Notes under the pieces: generated by a model
The model's database searches: none
What the model was told of the DNA's origin: nothing
Seen by the model: the letters and a program-made list of their open reading frames with translations, nothing else
Shown: positions 10,791 to 24,900 of the stretch, in pieces
Numbering within the stretch: position 1 is the stretch's first letter
Layout of the letters: every line of letters starts with the position of its first letter
Translations under genes and position numbers: made by a program
Assembly: GCA_001724265.1 (NCBI GenBank)
Contig: MEDY01000090.1
Span: 1-64,000, forward strand
Reading direction: 5' to 3'
Length of the DNA stretch: 64,000 nt
Source: Rhizaria sp. SCN 62-66
Lineage: Eukaryota

Positions 10791-13700
10791 CGCAAAGTCT
10801 TCTTGTCGCGGCGCTGCGGGTGCTTCAAGGTAAGTCGCACGAGGGGCGCTGCGTGGTACACGTGACCAGCGGTGTCGATGGGGAAACGCGCGCCACCCAT
10901 GCACAAAGCACTCAGGGCGGAGCTCACGCCAGCGATGTTAGCGCTATTACTGCTGTTGCCGGAACTAGTGGCGAGAGAACTCGTGCTTGAGATCGGTGTG
11001 CTCGAGCTACTGGCGCCGCTGCTGTTGTTGCTATTGTTGTTAAAAGCAAAGAACTTGGAGTCTGAAATCGCGTCAAACGACTGCGCGGCGACAACAGACA
11101 TCGGCACCGACAGCAACACAAATTGCTGCTGCTGCTGCTGTTGCGGCGCAGTCGCTGCTAAGGCAGTCTTAGCGTTCGCGGCGCTCGTGCTTGTTGTGTT
11201 GGTGTTCGAAAGCGCAAGTCCGGTGTTGCCCGTGGCGACGAGACGCCACTCCAGCGGCGGCGCCGCGATCGCCACAGAGCCGAACCCGTCGCCGTCGCTC
11301 GCGCCAGAGCCGGCGTGGTGCGAGTGCGCCTGAGAGGCCGCGATCGTGAGCGACGTCGAGAGCGCGGTGTTCGCGGCAGAGGAGGACGCCGATGCCACGG
11401 CGGCAGGGCCGCGGCTAGTGACGTACGCGGCGCGCGCGGCGTCAACCCAGGTGTTGAGACACGGCACAGCGGCAGCGGCGGCGGCAAACGGGTCCACCGA
11501 CGTGCACTGCATCACAGCACTGGCGCTCGGAATGGCGCCGTTATTGTTGTTATTGTTGTTGTTGTTGTTGTTAGCGAGCAGAGAGGCAGCCGAGGGCGCA
11601 GGCGTAAAGATGAAGCTGCCCAGCGGAGGCAGCGACGACGCAGGACACAATGAGAGCGTGAGTAACCGCCGCGCGAGACTGTGAGCACGCGCTGCAAACT
11701 TAGACACAACCATAACATCACTTTCATTAAAGCAAGGAGAAGTCACCGTAGCCGAGTTGCCGTCAATAGAGCTGTGACTCTCAACGCTAGCGTCAATACC
11801 AGGGTTCGTGGTTTGCATGTATGCAGCGAGGCCGTACGCGTGCACAAACGTCTGCGCACACGCCAGCACGGGCGCTTGTTGTCCGCGCACACTGCGGCTC
11901 GCACTGTAGCTGCTGCTGCTGACGACGGCCGCCGTGGCATCTTCCTCCTCGCCCGCCAGATCGTTATCGTCGTCATCGTTCGCGAGGGACGCAGCGCCCG
12001 CGGCGGCGGGCGGCGCATTACGCCGCTGCGCCTTGCGCGCGCGCACACGCGCCTTGAGCTTGCGCGACGCCGCGCGGCGCGCCGCCTCGGCAACGGTCGG
12101 CCGCAGCTGGTATGCATCGCCGTAGCCCAGCGTCGCGGCGAGGCGCGCGGCGTCGAGGCCGCGGGGCGGGGCGGCGGCAAAAGCCAAGGGCAGCAGCAGC
12201 AGCCGCAGCTTGTTCGCCAAGCGGGCGGATGATGACGCGTGGGCTGGCAGGGCGACGCCGGAGTTCACGACGGCGTTGGGCTTAGTACCGATAGAGCTGT
12301 TGTTGGTCGCGTCGTTAATAGAGCCGCAGTCGTCGGGAGCGCTCGCGTTGGTGTTTGAGTGGCAGGTGAGGTCGGACAGGGTTGAGGCTGAGCTGAAGTA
12401 GTGGTCCGTGTCGTCGTCATCATCGTCGTAGTCTCCACGGAGCAGCGCTGCAATATCCTCAGCAAACACGCCACTCTGCGACGACGCAGAAGCGGTGTCT
12501 AAGGGGGTACTTACACTCGTCTGGCTTTGGAAGTTGTGTTCGTAGGTCTCTGCAGCGTCGATGGGACGGTTCAGGGAGCCCTCGAACCACACCAAGTCAC
12601 CCTTACACTCCTCGCTCGGGTACTTAGACTCCTTCTTATCGCTATTGCGATCGCTATTGCGAGCAGTAGTGACCGTGAGCCGGCCGGCAACAGGCACGGC
12701 ATGCTCAATCACACCGTCAAACCGCACCCTAAGACGGCGCTTCGCCGCCGCCTCGCGCTTCGTGCGCCTGTGACCACTGCCACAGCGCAGCCAGAGCGTA
12801 CCAGTGCCCGTCAACGACCCGCCGGGACCAAGCGAGCCGCGGTAGCGGCTCACGGGCTGCGGCGGCAGCGGGCAGCTGACTGGCAGCAGCTGCAGCAGCG
12901 CCGGGAGAGCTGAGGCTAAGCTGGGCGTGCTGGCAAGAGCTTGTGCCAGCGGCTCTGAAGCCACCGCAGACAGCAACGCCGCAACACCACTCGCGCTCGC
13001 GTTGCCCGCCGAACTCGCGTGTTCCGCGTTTTGTTGTTGTTGCTCCTGCTGTAAGAGAGCGAGGGCAGCGGTGGCGAGCGCACGTGCTTTGCTGAAGGAA
13101 GCGAAGCTCAGCGTGCCGTGACTCGGCGCGCCTTCAGCAAACTCACCGCTGAACGCGCGTGCGCACGGCAGCATCACAGGCCCCAACAAAGCACCCTGCT
13201 GTTGCTGGGTACTTACACTGCTGCCGGAGTCTAAGGGGGTCGTGCTTAGTGGCGCGGAGTTGAGCTCAGCAGCGTGGGTGACGAGCGCGTGCGCGACAGC
13301 GGCTGCAGCGACTTCACCGGCTCTCGGCAGCGCGTAAAGCACACGGCCAGCGCCGTGCACCGCGCCGTGCCGCCAGTGGCCACTGTAGGCGCGGGCAGGG
13401 GCGCGCGCGAACGGCTGGCTCAGAGGCGGCGGCGGCTGTTGCTGTGCGAAGCGGCTCGCAGTCGCCGTGGTGGCTGCGCTCGCGGCTGGCTTACCCGTCG
13501 TGTTCGCGGCTGCTGCTGCGGCGTTCTTTGCCGCTGCAGCTGCGAGAGAGTGGTGAGTGTTGGAGTTGTAGTCGGCAGCGATCGCACGCGCACGCTTGAT
13601 AACACGCGCAACGGAGGCAGACGTTAAGCCGCCAGAAGCAGACGTGTTCTTCTTGCTCTTCGCAGCCCCATTGCTATTGACACCAGCAAGACTGAGAATA

Positions 13701-16700
13701 GTGTTGAAATCGCACTTGCTCTTCACATGACGCTTAGCGAAGCAGCCATTCTCAACATTATCATCCTCCTCCACCGACGCCTTTTCTTCATCTTCACACT
13801 CGTCATCATCATCGTCGTCATCATCATCACCACTGTCACTATTGTTGTCATCATCATCGCTGTTCGCGTTCTCACTGTTGTTTTGACTGTGATTCGCGTT
13901 CTCTTCAGCGCCAGCGCCGCGGCCAGTGCGCCAGGCCATCGCGCCCCACCCATGTGGCTCAAGTGCAGAGTCCAGCCCCCCCTTGTACACGCCGCGCGCG
14001 AGCTGGCCCAGAGCGTCCGGCGGCGGCGCAGACAGCCGCCACAGCCTCGGCAGCCGCAGCGCGATGCCTTGCTGCTGCTCAGAGCCGTCACTCTCACCGC
14101 CACCGCCGCTAGTGCTCGTGGTTAAGAGGGGAGCGAAGGGGAGCTTGGGCAGCGCGCGCTGCAGTGCGGGCAGCGCGGTTGTGACGATGCGCAAAAGGTA
14201 CGCCGCGGGCGACGGCAAAGGCTGCAGAGACCGGTCGGAGGACCAGTTGCCGCCCGCAGCCGCGAGTGCACTGGGTGAGCCCGCCACGGGCTCGGTTTGA
14301 TTGCCGCTGTGTGTGTCGGCGAGGATTCGGCAGGCGGCGTCGTCGGCAATGGCCAAGTCCCAGGCCTTGGTCAAAACACGGACTAGCAGAGCCAGTTCGT
14401 CCTCGTAAACACCGCGGGGCGGCACTGCAGCAGCATTACTGACAGCGTTGTTAGCACTGCAGAGCGAGCTGCTCTGCGAGCCCGCGAGCACTGCGCTGTG
14501 AGAGCCTGTGTTGGTGTTGGTGAGTGTCGCAGCGTCGTACTGAGAGAGCAGGTCAAGAATATAGTGCGCTGAGGCTGAGGGGGAAGACAGCGCTAAGGGG
14601 CGGCCGTCTTCTAAGGGTGCGCTCGTACTTAGAGCTGAGGCAACGGACTCAGGAGTCATGAGCGACTTGTTGTTGTTGTCAGAAGCGCCACTGACGCTGT
14701 CAGAGGGGGCGGTACTTAAACGGAACGAGTGCATTGAAGCGAGTAAGCGTGCAACACATGCAGCGGCAGACACGGGCATCGACGACGACTCTAACGCCAG
14801 GAACGCGTCTAAGGGGGTAGTTAACCTGTTCGAGTCGTCGTCAACCTCCTTTGTAGACTCGGCTGAGTCAGCAGTCGCAGTTGAGGAGAGTGATTCGTGC
14901 TGAGCTTGCTTTGTTAAAGCGCAAAGGAACGCAGTCGCGAACGCAGTCGCCGTTGCAAAGTCGCCATCAGTCTCAGTCTCAGTTTCGGTCTCACTGGCAG
15001 GCGCATTGTCCGTGCTCGTAATATCATCGAGAGGTGTTGCGAGCGAAACTGCAGTGAACGCATCCCACTTCAGCTGACTATGAGCGTCACTACACTTAGA
15101 CGGGTGACTGTGAGCAGCAGAGTGACTGTGAGCACTGGGAACAGAGACGGCAGTCGCGATAGACTGCATCAGTGCGTCAACGACCTCCAGCGCTACGGGA
15201 AGACCACTTTGACCAACGCCGCCAGTCGAGGTACTTATATCGCTCGGGATGGCAACAGCAGTGCTCCTGACATTGACACTGTCGCCAACGCTCTTCGCAT
15301 TGTTGCTGTTGCTGTTACTGCTCGCCGTGTTGTTCGAGCCAACGCCGAACCACACGACACCCTGCTTCACCGCGCCCTTGCTCCAGCTCGACTGCACAGC
15401 GCAGCGACGGCGGCCTAAGAGCGCCACGCAGCCACCGTGGCGGCGGCCGCGGGCGTCGAACTGCGAGAGAACGATTTCGCGCGACGGCAGTGACGATGCA
15501 GCGGCGGCAATCGCGGCCTTGGCGGCAGCGATGCGCAACGCCCAGTTCTTCACAGCACCGGTCGCGCTCTTGTTGCTGTCGCCTTGCTCAGTATTAGTGC
15601 TGCTCGTGTTGAGCGAAGCGGCGGAGGACGTGGAGACTGAGCCGCGCAGTGCGCAACCAAGCGCGGGGAGGTTCCGAAAAAAGAGTCCCGTGAACGTGAC
15701 ACTGGAGCCCACACCACTTGCACTCGCGTTCGAGTTAGAGCCAGATCCGCTGGAGGAGTTCGCGCTGTGGGAGCTGACAGTAGCAGAGTTGTTGGTGTTG
15801 TGGACGCTGCGTCCCCAGCCGTGACGAGTCGGCGGCACCACAGTCGTTGTTGCGAAGAAGAAACGCGCAAGCTCCTCACTCGCCGCCGCCGCCGCAGCAG
15901 CAGCAGCAGCAGAGGCTAAGGGGGTGTTGGATGGACTTACACCGCTCTCATGTGGTTTCTGAGCAGCATTGGTGGTTTTCTGAGAGGTATGTGTGCTGAG
16001 GTTTGTAAGGGGCATGGGGGTGGCAGGCGCGGGTAAGGGGGTCGAGTCTAACAAGCAGCCAGTGTAAACGCCGGAGCCAACGCGTAACCAACGCAGTCCA
16101 TCACTGTCATCATCGACATCCTCTTCCGCGCCTTGCTGCTGCTGCTCAACAGCAGTCCCCGCGGCACTCGTGAGAGGGAAATTGCCGCTACTCGTGGTGA
16201 GCGCAGTGGCGATCGCGCCGGCGGCCAGCGTCCCGCGAGTGACTGCTCCTGAGGCGACGCCGACGACCGTGGCGACCTGCGCTGTGACGCGGCCGCTGAC
16301 GGTGGAGTGGAACGTCACGGTGCCGGCGCCGTAGCGCAGCAGAAGCACGGGGGCGCCCGTCAGAGTCTGCCAGGGCGCGATGCGCGGCGGGAGACACTTA
16401 GACACGTCTAAGTGGGCCTTGGAGTGAGACGAGGAGGAGGATGTAAGGGCGTGCGCCGACTGGGGGGGCGACTGGTGGCTGTAGAGCACGGAGTCGAGCG
16501 TTGCAGTGAGCGGCACGGCAAGCACTGGACCAGACCAGGAGCACGAGCGGCCTAGAGACGGCTGCAGCGACTTTAGCACACCGTGAGCATTCGCATCAGC
16601 AGCAGAAACAGAAGCAGCGGCAGAAGGGTACTTAGACTTATTGCTCTGAGAAGACTTGTTCTTGCTGCTGCCTGGGTACTTAGACGGGGTGTAAGGGAGG

Positions 16701-19700
16701 GCGAGCGCGCAGACAGGCACATCGTCAATGAAAACACCGTCATAAGTAACGCACGCATGCACAGAGGCTGAAAAAGTAGCATTGACAGCTGTGGCATCAG
16801 CCGAGTCTAAGGGGGTCGCGGTAGTTAGACTTGTCGACGTCGCAGGTGTAAGTGCGCCGGTGGTGCGGTAACGCAGAGTACCGAGACCCTGGCGCCGGAG
16901 ATGACGGTCAATAGACCCCTTCCAGACCACGCTGAGCCAGCGCTCGCGACTACAAGGATTACTCTCACCACTAGCAGTGGGGCTAAAGGGCTGTTGCTGT
17001 TGCTGTTGCTGAGTCCATGAGTTCGAAGCAAGGGCAGCAGCGGCAGCCGCCGTCGCAGCCTCAGCCGCCGCAGCCAAAGCAGCAGCGTCGTTTGCGTCAG
17101 TTGCGTTTGTGTTGACAACAGGGGCCGGAGACAGGGAGATAGCGGGGTAAGCGAGGCGACCGTTAGCGGGGAAGTCAGGTTGCTCGGCGGAAGTTAAGCC
17201 GCCAGTAGAGCTCAAGGCCAACACAGCAATGGCAGTGTTGGTGATGTTTGTGTCGTTGTTCTTCGTTGTTTGAGAGTAGTACGTGAGGAAATGCTGGCAT
17301 TGTTGAGCTAAAGCGTCGTCAGAGTGGATCGTGCTCGCGTAAGTGTTCGTTCTAGCCCTCATGTTACTGTTGTTGTTGCTACTAATGTTGGGGTAGAGAA
17401 CGGTAGGGGGTCCACTGAACTTAACCTTTGACAGCGAACTTACATCAATGGAGCCACTGACAGCGTCGGTACTTAGATTGCTCGAGACGAAGCACTTAGA
17501 GTTCCAGACCTCGCCTACAGTCTCCTTCGCAGCATGTTCCCACTCGGAGAAGTACTCGCCGGCCCTTAGACCAATCGCAGAGGTACTTAGAAGGGCGGTT
17601 TTGCCGTCGTAGCAAGCAAACGAGCCGGTGAAGACCGCGCCAGTCGAGTACGTCAGAGTGCCAGTGACGCGAGAGCCGTGGCGGAAAACACCGACGAACG
17701 CCACTGGCAACGGCAACGCAAGGGCTTGCAACTCCGACACACGCTGCAGCTGCTCAGCTGTAAGAGTGTTCGTGTTTGCGCTGTTGCCGTTGCTGTTGCT
17801 GTTGATGTAAGGGGTTGTTGAGAGGGTGTAAGTAGCTGCGAGACGAGCAGCTGTCGTCACGCTGCGAGAGCTTGCGGAACCACTGACGGAACTCGTGGCG
17901 CTACTGTTCTCAACATCAGGGAGACCAAAAACTGAGATTGAGTCCATCAACTGCTCCCGCTCTTGCTCCCGCTCGCACTCAGGCTCGGAGTCGCTCTCAG
18001 CATCTGCGTTTTCACCGCCGGAGTTGCGATCGCCCTGAGCGCTCTTGACGTGGCCGAGAGCGCGGGCGGTTCTGCGTCCCCAGCCACGGCCGCTGCTGCT
18101 GTGGACTGCAGTGGCCATGATCTCACCGTCGAGCACGCGCTGCACGGCCCTTAGACTCAGCGGAAGGCCCTTAGACGCCGAAAAACACACCGAAGCGTCG
18201 CTCGCGCTGTCAGCGCCCTTCTCTGAAGCAGGAGACTTAGTCTTTGAGGACGACGATGACGGCGAGTGCGACTGGGGGGTGATGGCGAGAGTGTTGGGTG
18301 AAGTGACCGTGAGCAGAGGCTCCTTCAGAAGCTGCCGGTGTAAGTGGGTCAGCACGCCGTACTTGCACTCGCTGAGTACCCCGAAACTTCCACTCGCATT
18401 CGCGCTCGTGCCAACGCCCTTCGCAGCAGAACCGGTAGTACCATTCGCGTTCGCGGCGGTGATCGTTGTATTAGCACTGTTCGCAGTGGCGTTGGCGTTG
18501 CTGTTGGCGTTGGCGGTGTTGGTGTGGGGCCAATCGTGCGACCAGTGCGACCTGAGATACACAACACCCCAGTACGGCAAATAGGGCGTCACCGGCGACG
18601 GCGGCAGCGGCGCCAGTCCCCCCAGTGCCTTCGCGCCATCGACCGCCGCAGCCGCAGTCGCGACGTCAGTGCTTTGCTGAGGCTGCGTGTGGTTCGAGGA
18701 CGTGAAGTCTTGCGTGAGGTACTCGTAGGTGCCGTTGCCGTGGCGCAGGTCGTTGTGGTAACGGCCGGTGAACCTGTGACCCCACACGTGGATGCCCCTT
18801 ACATTCGCAGAACGGGTACTTAGACTGTTCTCAGTCCCAGTTGTTGCTTTGAGAGCGGCTTCGTAGACCTTTGTGAGGACGTACTTGGCACTCGGAGGCG
18901 GTGCTAAGAGGGCACTTACATTCGAGCCACTACTTACATTGGAGGTCAGCAACGGGTTCGAGAAGAGAGGGTCTGTCGCAGGATCAACCTCGCCCCCCTT
19001 AGCCTGGGGCAGTGTAAGTACCCGAGGCGTTGTCAGCATGTGCTTCGGCAAAAGCCCCGCCAAGACAGCATCAACCACATTGTTATGAGCACGAGTACCG
19101 CATGTGTTCCCAGCATCGTTGTTGCAGTCAGAATCGCAGTCGGAATCTGCTGCGAGTGCCAGCGTCTGCCCTTTGCCTTGCCGCTTATCGAGTCGCCAGT
19201 GGCCGCTGTGCACCACGCGTGCCGTCGCGAGTACCAGTGTGCCGCGGCCGTGGCGCACCACGCGTACCGTGCAATCCAGCGCAGAGACAGGGGAGATGGA
19301 CGCTGTGGCGGCGGCGGCGGCGGCGAGCGCGGCGGGGGACGAGTCCAGGGCAACAGCTTCTGCCTCAGCCTCGGCCTCTGCGTCAGTCGCGCTCGCTGCG
19401 CCGGTGGTAGCAATATCGTCGTTGTCTTCGTCATCATCGTCGTAGTCGTTGTTGTTGCTGCTGTTGTTGCTGAGACCAACAGCACCTGACTTGTTGCTAG
19501 AACCGCCACTCTTACCGGTGTTGGCGTTGTTGCTGTGTGATGAGGACGACAAAGCGGTCGCAAGCGCGGCTGCGGGGGCCAAAATCGCATCTCCCATGTA
19601 AAACGAGCCGTCGCTGTACAGAATCACCGCGTTGCGCATCAGCGAGCAGTTGTTCCGCAGTCCTGGAGGCAAACTCGCCACCATCGCCGCAGTGCCCGCA

Positions 19701-21408
19701 ATCGCGAACGCGCTAGTACTGCTCGTGCCAGTACCTGTGGTACCAGTGCCGGTGCTCGTGACGGTACTCATGGGGGTCGACGGGGCAGCGTTAGCGAAGT
19801 GAGGAGGCAGTGCGTCGCCGCCCGGTGCCGCCGCAGCCACGGCCGCGACCGCCGCGGCCACGCGGCCAGCCCCCGTCAAGCCCGCCATTGCACCAGCGTT
19901 TCCGCCGCCACCGCCGGTGAAAAGGGCTCCGGACGCGGCGGCCGAGGCGGCGGCGGCGGTGGCAGCGGCGAAATTGTCGCTGCTGCAGTTGCCGACGACA
20001 CGTAGCACCTGCTGGGGGCCCCAGGCTGAGGCGGGGACCGTGGCCGGCACAGTCCGGTAGCTGTTGTTGCGAGTGTTGCAACTGTCGGAACCCGTGGAGG
20101 CGGTGCTCGGGGTGCTTGCTGAGACACCACTCTTGCTGTACGCTGATGACTTTAAAGGCGACGACAGACTGGCGTTCGCAGTGGTATTCGCACTGTGCGC
20201 AGTCAAGTTGCTGTTGCTGTTGCTGTTGTTGTTGTTGTTGATCGTGGGGAGGGGTAGAGGCGCCGGGAGGTGCACCGAGGCGGCTTGACTAAACAGCACC
20301 GGCGCGGGGTTCTTGAAGTCAAGCCGCGTGGGGCCGTGGTACCGCGACGACTTGGTGTTAGACGCAACTGAGAGCAAAGTACTCGCACTGCTGCTCATGC
20401 CGCCCATAACAACCGCAGCACCGATGTCGGATAGCGACAGTGTGCTATCAGCCTCAGCGTTATTGTTAGCGCTGTTGCTGATGTTGCTGTTGTTGCCGGG
20501 GGCAAAGACTGTGATCGAGGGACCCTGAAGCTGATCATTGACCATGAAACCACGGTAATGATGCTTGTTGCTACCTGCAGAGCTTTGACTACTCGCGGCA
20601 GAGCTCGAATCCTTATCAGAGCTCGTGCTGATGTTGACTGCGGTGATGAAGATATCCATGATCCCACTCGGCGCATCGTTGTCAAACGCGCCGACGACTG
20701 TGAGAGGGCCGCGGCTTAACTTACCGCCGCGGCCGGAGCGCTGGCGCGAGCCGGATGCATCTAAGTGGCCGGTGTAAGTGCTGCCGTCAGCGTACGTCAC
20801 GGTCACAACGCTACTCGAGTCACCAGACTAAGACTGAGAGACATCCTCGTTGCTGTCGTTGCTGCTGCTGTTGTTGCTGTCCAGACCGGAGGGCTCTTTG
20901 CCATCAATGAAGACACCCGTTAGTGACACGGGAGTGTCTGACATGGCGGGCCTGCTGAGTTGCTTGTGAGGAAACGCTTGTTTGACGGCAGCGAGGCGGG
21001 TTGCCATCGGATCAGCGAATGCAAGGGTGCCGCGGCCATGCGGCTTGTCGTTGCGCCAGTGGCCGGTGTAAGTGTCGCCGTTAGGCAGCACAACGGGAGG
21101 CAAAAGGCCCTCGCGAACGACGACGACAGGAACCGCTTCAGTAGAGCAAGAGCAAAGAAGCAACACGGCGGGTGACACGATACGAGCAAGGGGGAAGGTG
21201 AGCAAAGAGAGATACAGAAGAGTGACACAAGAAGATGATAGACACAATTTAAAGGGCAGAATTAAGACAAACTAGTGAAAAGAGAGTTCTAAAAGCCCGC
21301 AGAGTAAATAGATCAATGAGCAAGAGCAATGATCGAGGAGTGAGACGTACATGGCTCTGAGTTGTAGTCTGCTGCAGCATCGTCGGACACTGACGGGTAG
21401 TCAGACAT
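5972..21408 (-). CDS. Giant MORN-repeat / ankyrin-repeat / FYVE-domain protein (~5,025 aa); exons 21408-21351, 21135-7910, 7765-5972
   Basis: MORN-like repeats (YTGHWRNDKPHGRGTL, YSGHWRHGAVHGAG, FTGRYHNDLRHGNG), ankyrins (TPLQAAVHRGN, TLLHVAAAEN) and FYVE (WVSD..CMHC..FGFFTRKHHCR). Phase-compatible GTACGT..AG introns at 21350-21136 and 7909-7766. In-frame TAGs at 20828, 9392 and 5999; TAA at 5972-5974. Confidence 0.75.
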
Positions 21409-21995
21409 GGAGTCTAATGGGAGAAAACCAGCGCGTGGCTCAAGTTAAAAGGAGAGACACAGCTCAAGGTTGCGGAGAATAGTACTGAAGAAAAGTAAAG
21501 GGTGCAGGAGCGAGGCAGAAGGGTTGGGCGACGTGAGCGTGGGGAGGATAGGGAGGGGAGGAAACTGAGTCAAGATTTGACACACTTATCGCACACTACA
21601 TGAAATGAATTTAAAACAAACCCAGTTTCGACAGTCATGAAAATCCAATGACGGAATTAAAGCGCAATTGACGATGTCCACACGCTGTCACATAGACTGT
21701 GGGTTTCGCTCGGCTCAGCCGAGACACCCCTCGTGCCCGCCACAACAGCTGGGCATCGTCGCCAGTCAACCCGGAGCGGGCCACTTTTCATTTGTGGCGG
21801 GATTGCATGCTTCACAACAACAGTCATATTATTGCAGAAAAAAGAGTAGTTTTGGATTAAATAAACTATGCTTTATATTTTTACCGGTCAAATTATAATG
21901 TAGAAGTGCGTATCTAAGTAGTAATTCCCACTCTAATATCAGGGGCGAGAGAGCTGCTTAGAACACGCATATATCTCGCTCCATATTGTGCTGGG

Positions 21996-24900
21996 TTAGA
22001 TGCTAAGCGACTTCAAGAACTTGGCCAATTCGCTTCCATCGTCCTCGTTCTCTTGCGCCACAGCATCAGTGTTGTTGTTGTTATCGTCGTTGTCACTGGC
22101 GTCATCAAACGTAAGCCGCCTGTTCTCCTGCTCGATCCCCTCACCATCGCCACCATTGCCTTCGTCATCAAGCTTAACCCAGTCTTCAGCGTTGCTGTTA
22201 TCATCTTCAACACCGCTATCGTTGTACACACCGCCCTTACTCGTGCACTTGTGCGGCGGCTGCTGGGCCTTGGTCGTACTGGCGGGAATCAGCCCCGCGT
22301 CCTTGTCCCTCTTGTACCGCTCCGCAAGTGCCTTCATAACAGCGCCCTGAGCCACCTTCACAGGCTTCCCACTTACACCTACGCTAGCACTCACATCTGC
22401 GTTGACGCCAGTAGTCGCTGGGATTGCCGCCCTAGTCGCAGCAGCAGCCGCGAGCTCTTTGCGCACTTGGCCCGCGTGCTGCTTGACGTACGCCGCGTAA
22501 CCCGTGAGCTCGCGTTCCTTTACAGGCGTGCCGTCATTCTTGAAGCGGCCCACAAGCATCAGCTTCCCATAGCATTTGCCACAGCGCTTTTTGTCGAGAT
22601 CGATGGATTTGCTGTGGCGCCTGTATTCAAGAGCGCACGCCACGCAACGGAACAGAAACGGCTTGTGGACCTGATAGCTATGGCAGCGCGTGACGACGAG
22701 TTTCCGGTCGTAACGAGTCGCGCGCGCGCCCCAGGCGTAGAAATAGCTGTCGTGAAAGGGACGAACCCTGTCGATGAGCCATGTCGCGACGTGGCACAGC
22801 TCGTGGCAGAGTACCGAGCGCAGGCGACTGGCGCTGTCGAGAACTTTAAGAGAAAGCTCAATGTTTGCCGTGCGACGAATGCGCTGCCCAATGCTTTCCA
22901 TACTGACACGATTTGTATTAGCGCCGACGCTAGCATTATTTCCAGTGCCAGAGCCAGTTGCAGCAGTCGCCGAGCTTGAGTTTGAGCCAGAGCACGAGGA
23001 AGTCACCGCGCTGTTGTTACCCGTAGTGTTGTTTGTCGGAGGCTTGTAGGCAGGAAAACGGGCGCGGCCGGCAGTCCTGAGAAGAGTTTTCGACCATTTG
23101 ATCGGCAAGTCATGAGGAAGCATGTTTTGGAACACACCAGCGTTGAGTTCAGCGAACATCGTCGCTGTCAAAGCCTCGCGACGACGAGAGAACGTCAGTC
23201 CAGTCACTTCCTCATAAATCTTACTCAGAGCAGGCTGACCATTTCCGGCATTGGTGCCCGTCTTGGTCGTGATGGTGTTCGTGTTAGGGTTCGGATCAGA
23301 CTTAAAGACGCGGTCAGTGGTGTTGTGCGGCTTAGATTTCGGCTGATCCTTTTGAGTTGGCGGCTTCACACGCGGCTGCGCAGGCGGCTTCACTTCAGTG
23401 CCGGTTTTGTTCTTGTCGACGTTGCGAGGCGGCTTAATTTCGGAGATAGACGGCTTGACATTTTCGCCGTCATAATCGTCGTCGTTGTGGGAGTGGTCGT
23501 GGTCATGGTTGTGGTGATGGCCAGAGTCATCATCATCGTCATAGTTGAAGAAACTGTTCTCGTTGTCAGTGTTGTTAAAGTCGCTGTTGTCAAACTCACT
23601 GTAAACACCAGAAATACCACTCTCATCACCATCAGTGACAACAAAGCTATGATCACTGTTGCCGTTGTTATCGCTGTAGGAGCGGTCGCTGCTGTTGTCA
23701 CTCTCACTCGTAGTGACGTCAAGGTACTTTGCCTTGTTCGTTGTCGTGTTCAGAGTGCTGTTGTCATCGTCGTCGTCATCGTCGTTGAGAATGCGCCGGC
23801 GGAGAGGTGTGCGACCGAACTTTTCATTGCGGCTTGACTTATCGTCATCATCGTCGTCGAGGACAAAGCGTGGCTTGCGCGCACTCGGCGGCACTAACTG
23901 ACCGTGAACAGAGTCAGTCATGCTTGTGTTGTTGTTCCTGTTGTTGCTGTTGTTGTTGTTGGAGTTGTTGTTTTTGCGTGCGAGAAGCAGTTGCTGAGTT
24001 GCAGTCACTAAGTCTAAAGCGGCTTTAGTTCGAGACTTGCGAGCGGGTGTCGCGCGGCGGATGGTACTTAGATCAAGGGAAGTACTCTTGCCCTCAGTGC
24101 GATCAGTAGACTTCGACTTTGACTTCGTCTTAAGTTGAGTCTTGGTGTCTTCGTTGTCGCTGCTGTCGCCCTCGTCGCCACCCTCACTGCTGCTGCTGCT
24201 ACTGCTAGAGCTTGAGCTTGAGCTTGAACTAGAGCTGCTGCCGCTGCCGCTGCTGCTGTCGCCAATAGTGATGACACTCGTGCTTGTTGCGTTATGCGCG
24301 TCGCTCTCACGGTCACTGTTGCTGTCAAGGGACCGACACTTATGCGGCTTAGGTGGCTTAGCTTCGGGTGCGCAAGGCGGCTTCTCTTGCGCAGGCCGGC
24401 GCGGCTTAACTTCGCTCTGTACGGGGCTGTGGAACACATCACTATCACTTTCACTGCCACTGATGCTGTCCTGCTTGTTTGCGGTAGTGTTCTTATTCGC
24501 GTTGTTGTGAGCGTAGTTGTAGTCAGAGTCTGAGGAGGATGACTCGTCAAGCAGCACTCTCTTCTTCTTCTGAACAGTATGGCCACCAGTGACTGTGACA
24601 GCATCGCTTTTTCGCTGAATCTTTGCGCTCGTGTCAGATTCTGAGTCAGGGCTTGTGTCAGAGCCAGACGAGCTAGAACTTGACGAGGATGATGACGACG
24701 ACGAAGACGAAGACTGGTCGAGGCGGCTAAACTTCGAGATCGAACCAGTGTTGCTCGGCCGCGTGGGGAGCTGGAGACCGTTGTGGTAGTTCTCTTCTTC
24801 AGCGTAATCGTCGTAGTCGCTCATGTTAACCGCCGCGCTCTTGACGTTGTTCTTACTAAGTTTGCCGGTGTTTGTGTTGTTGTTGAGAGTCGTAATGCCG

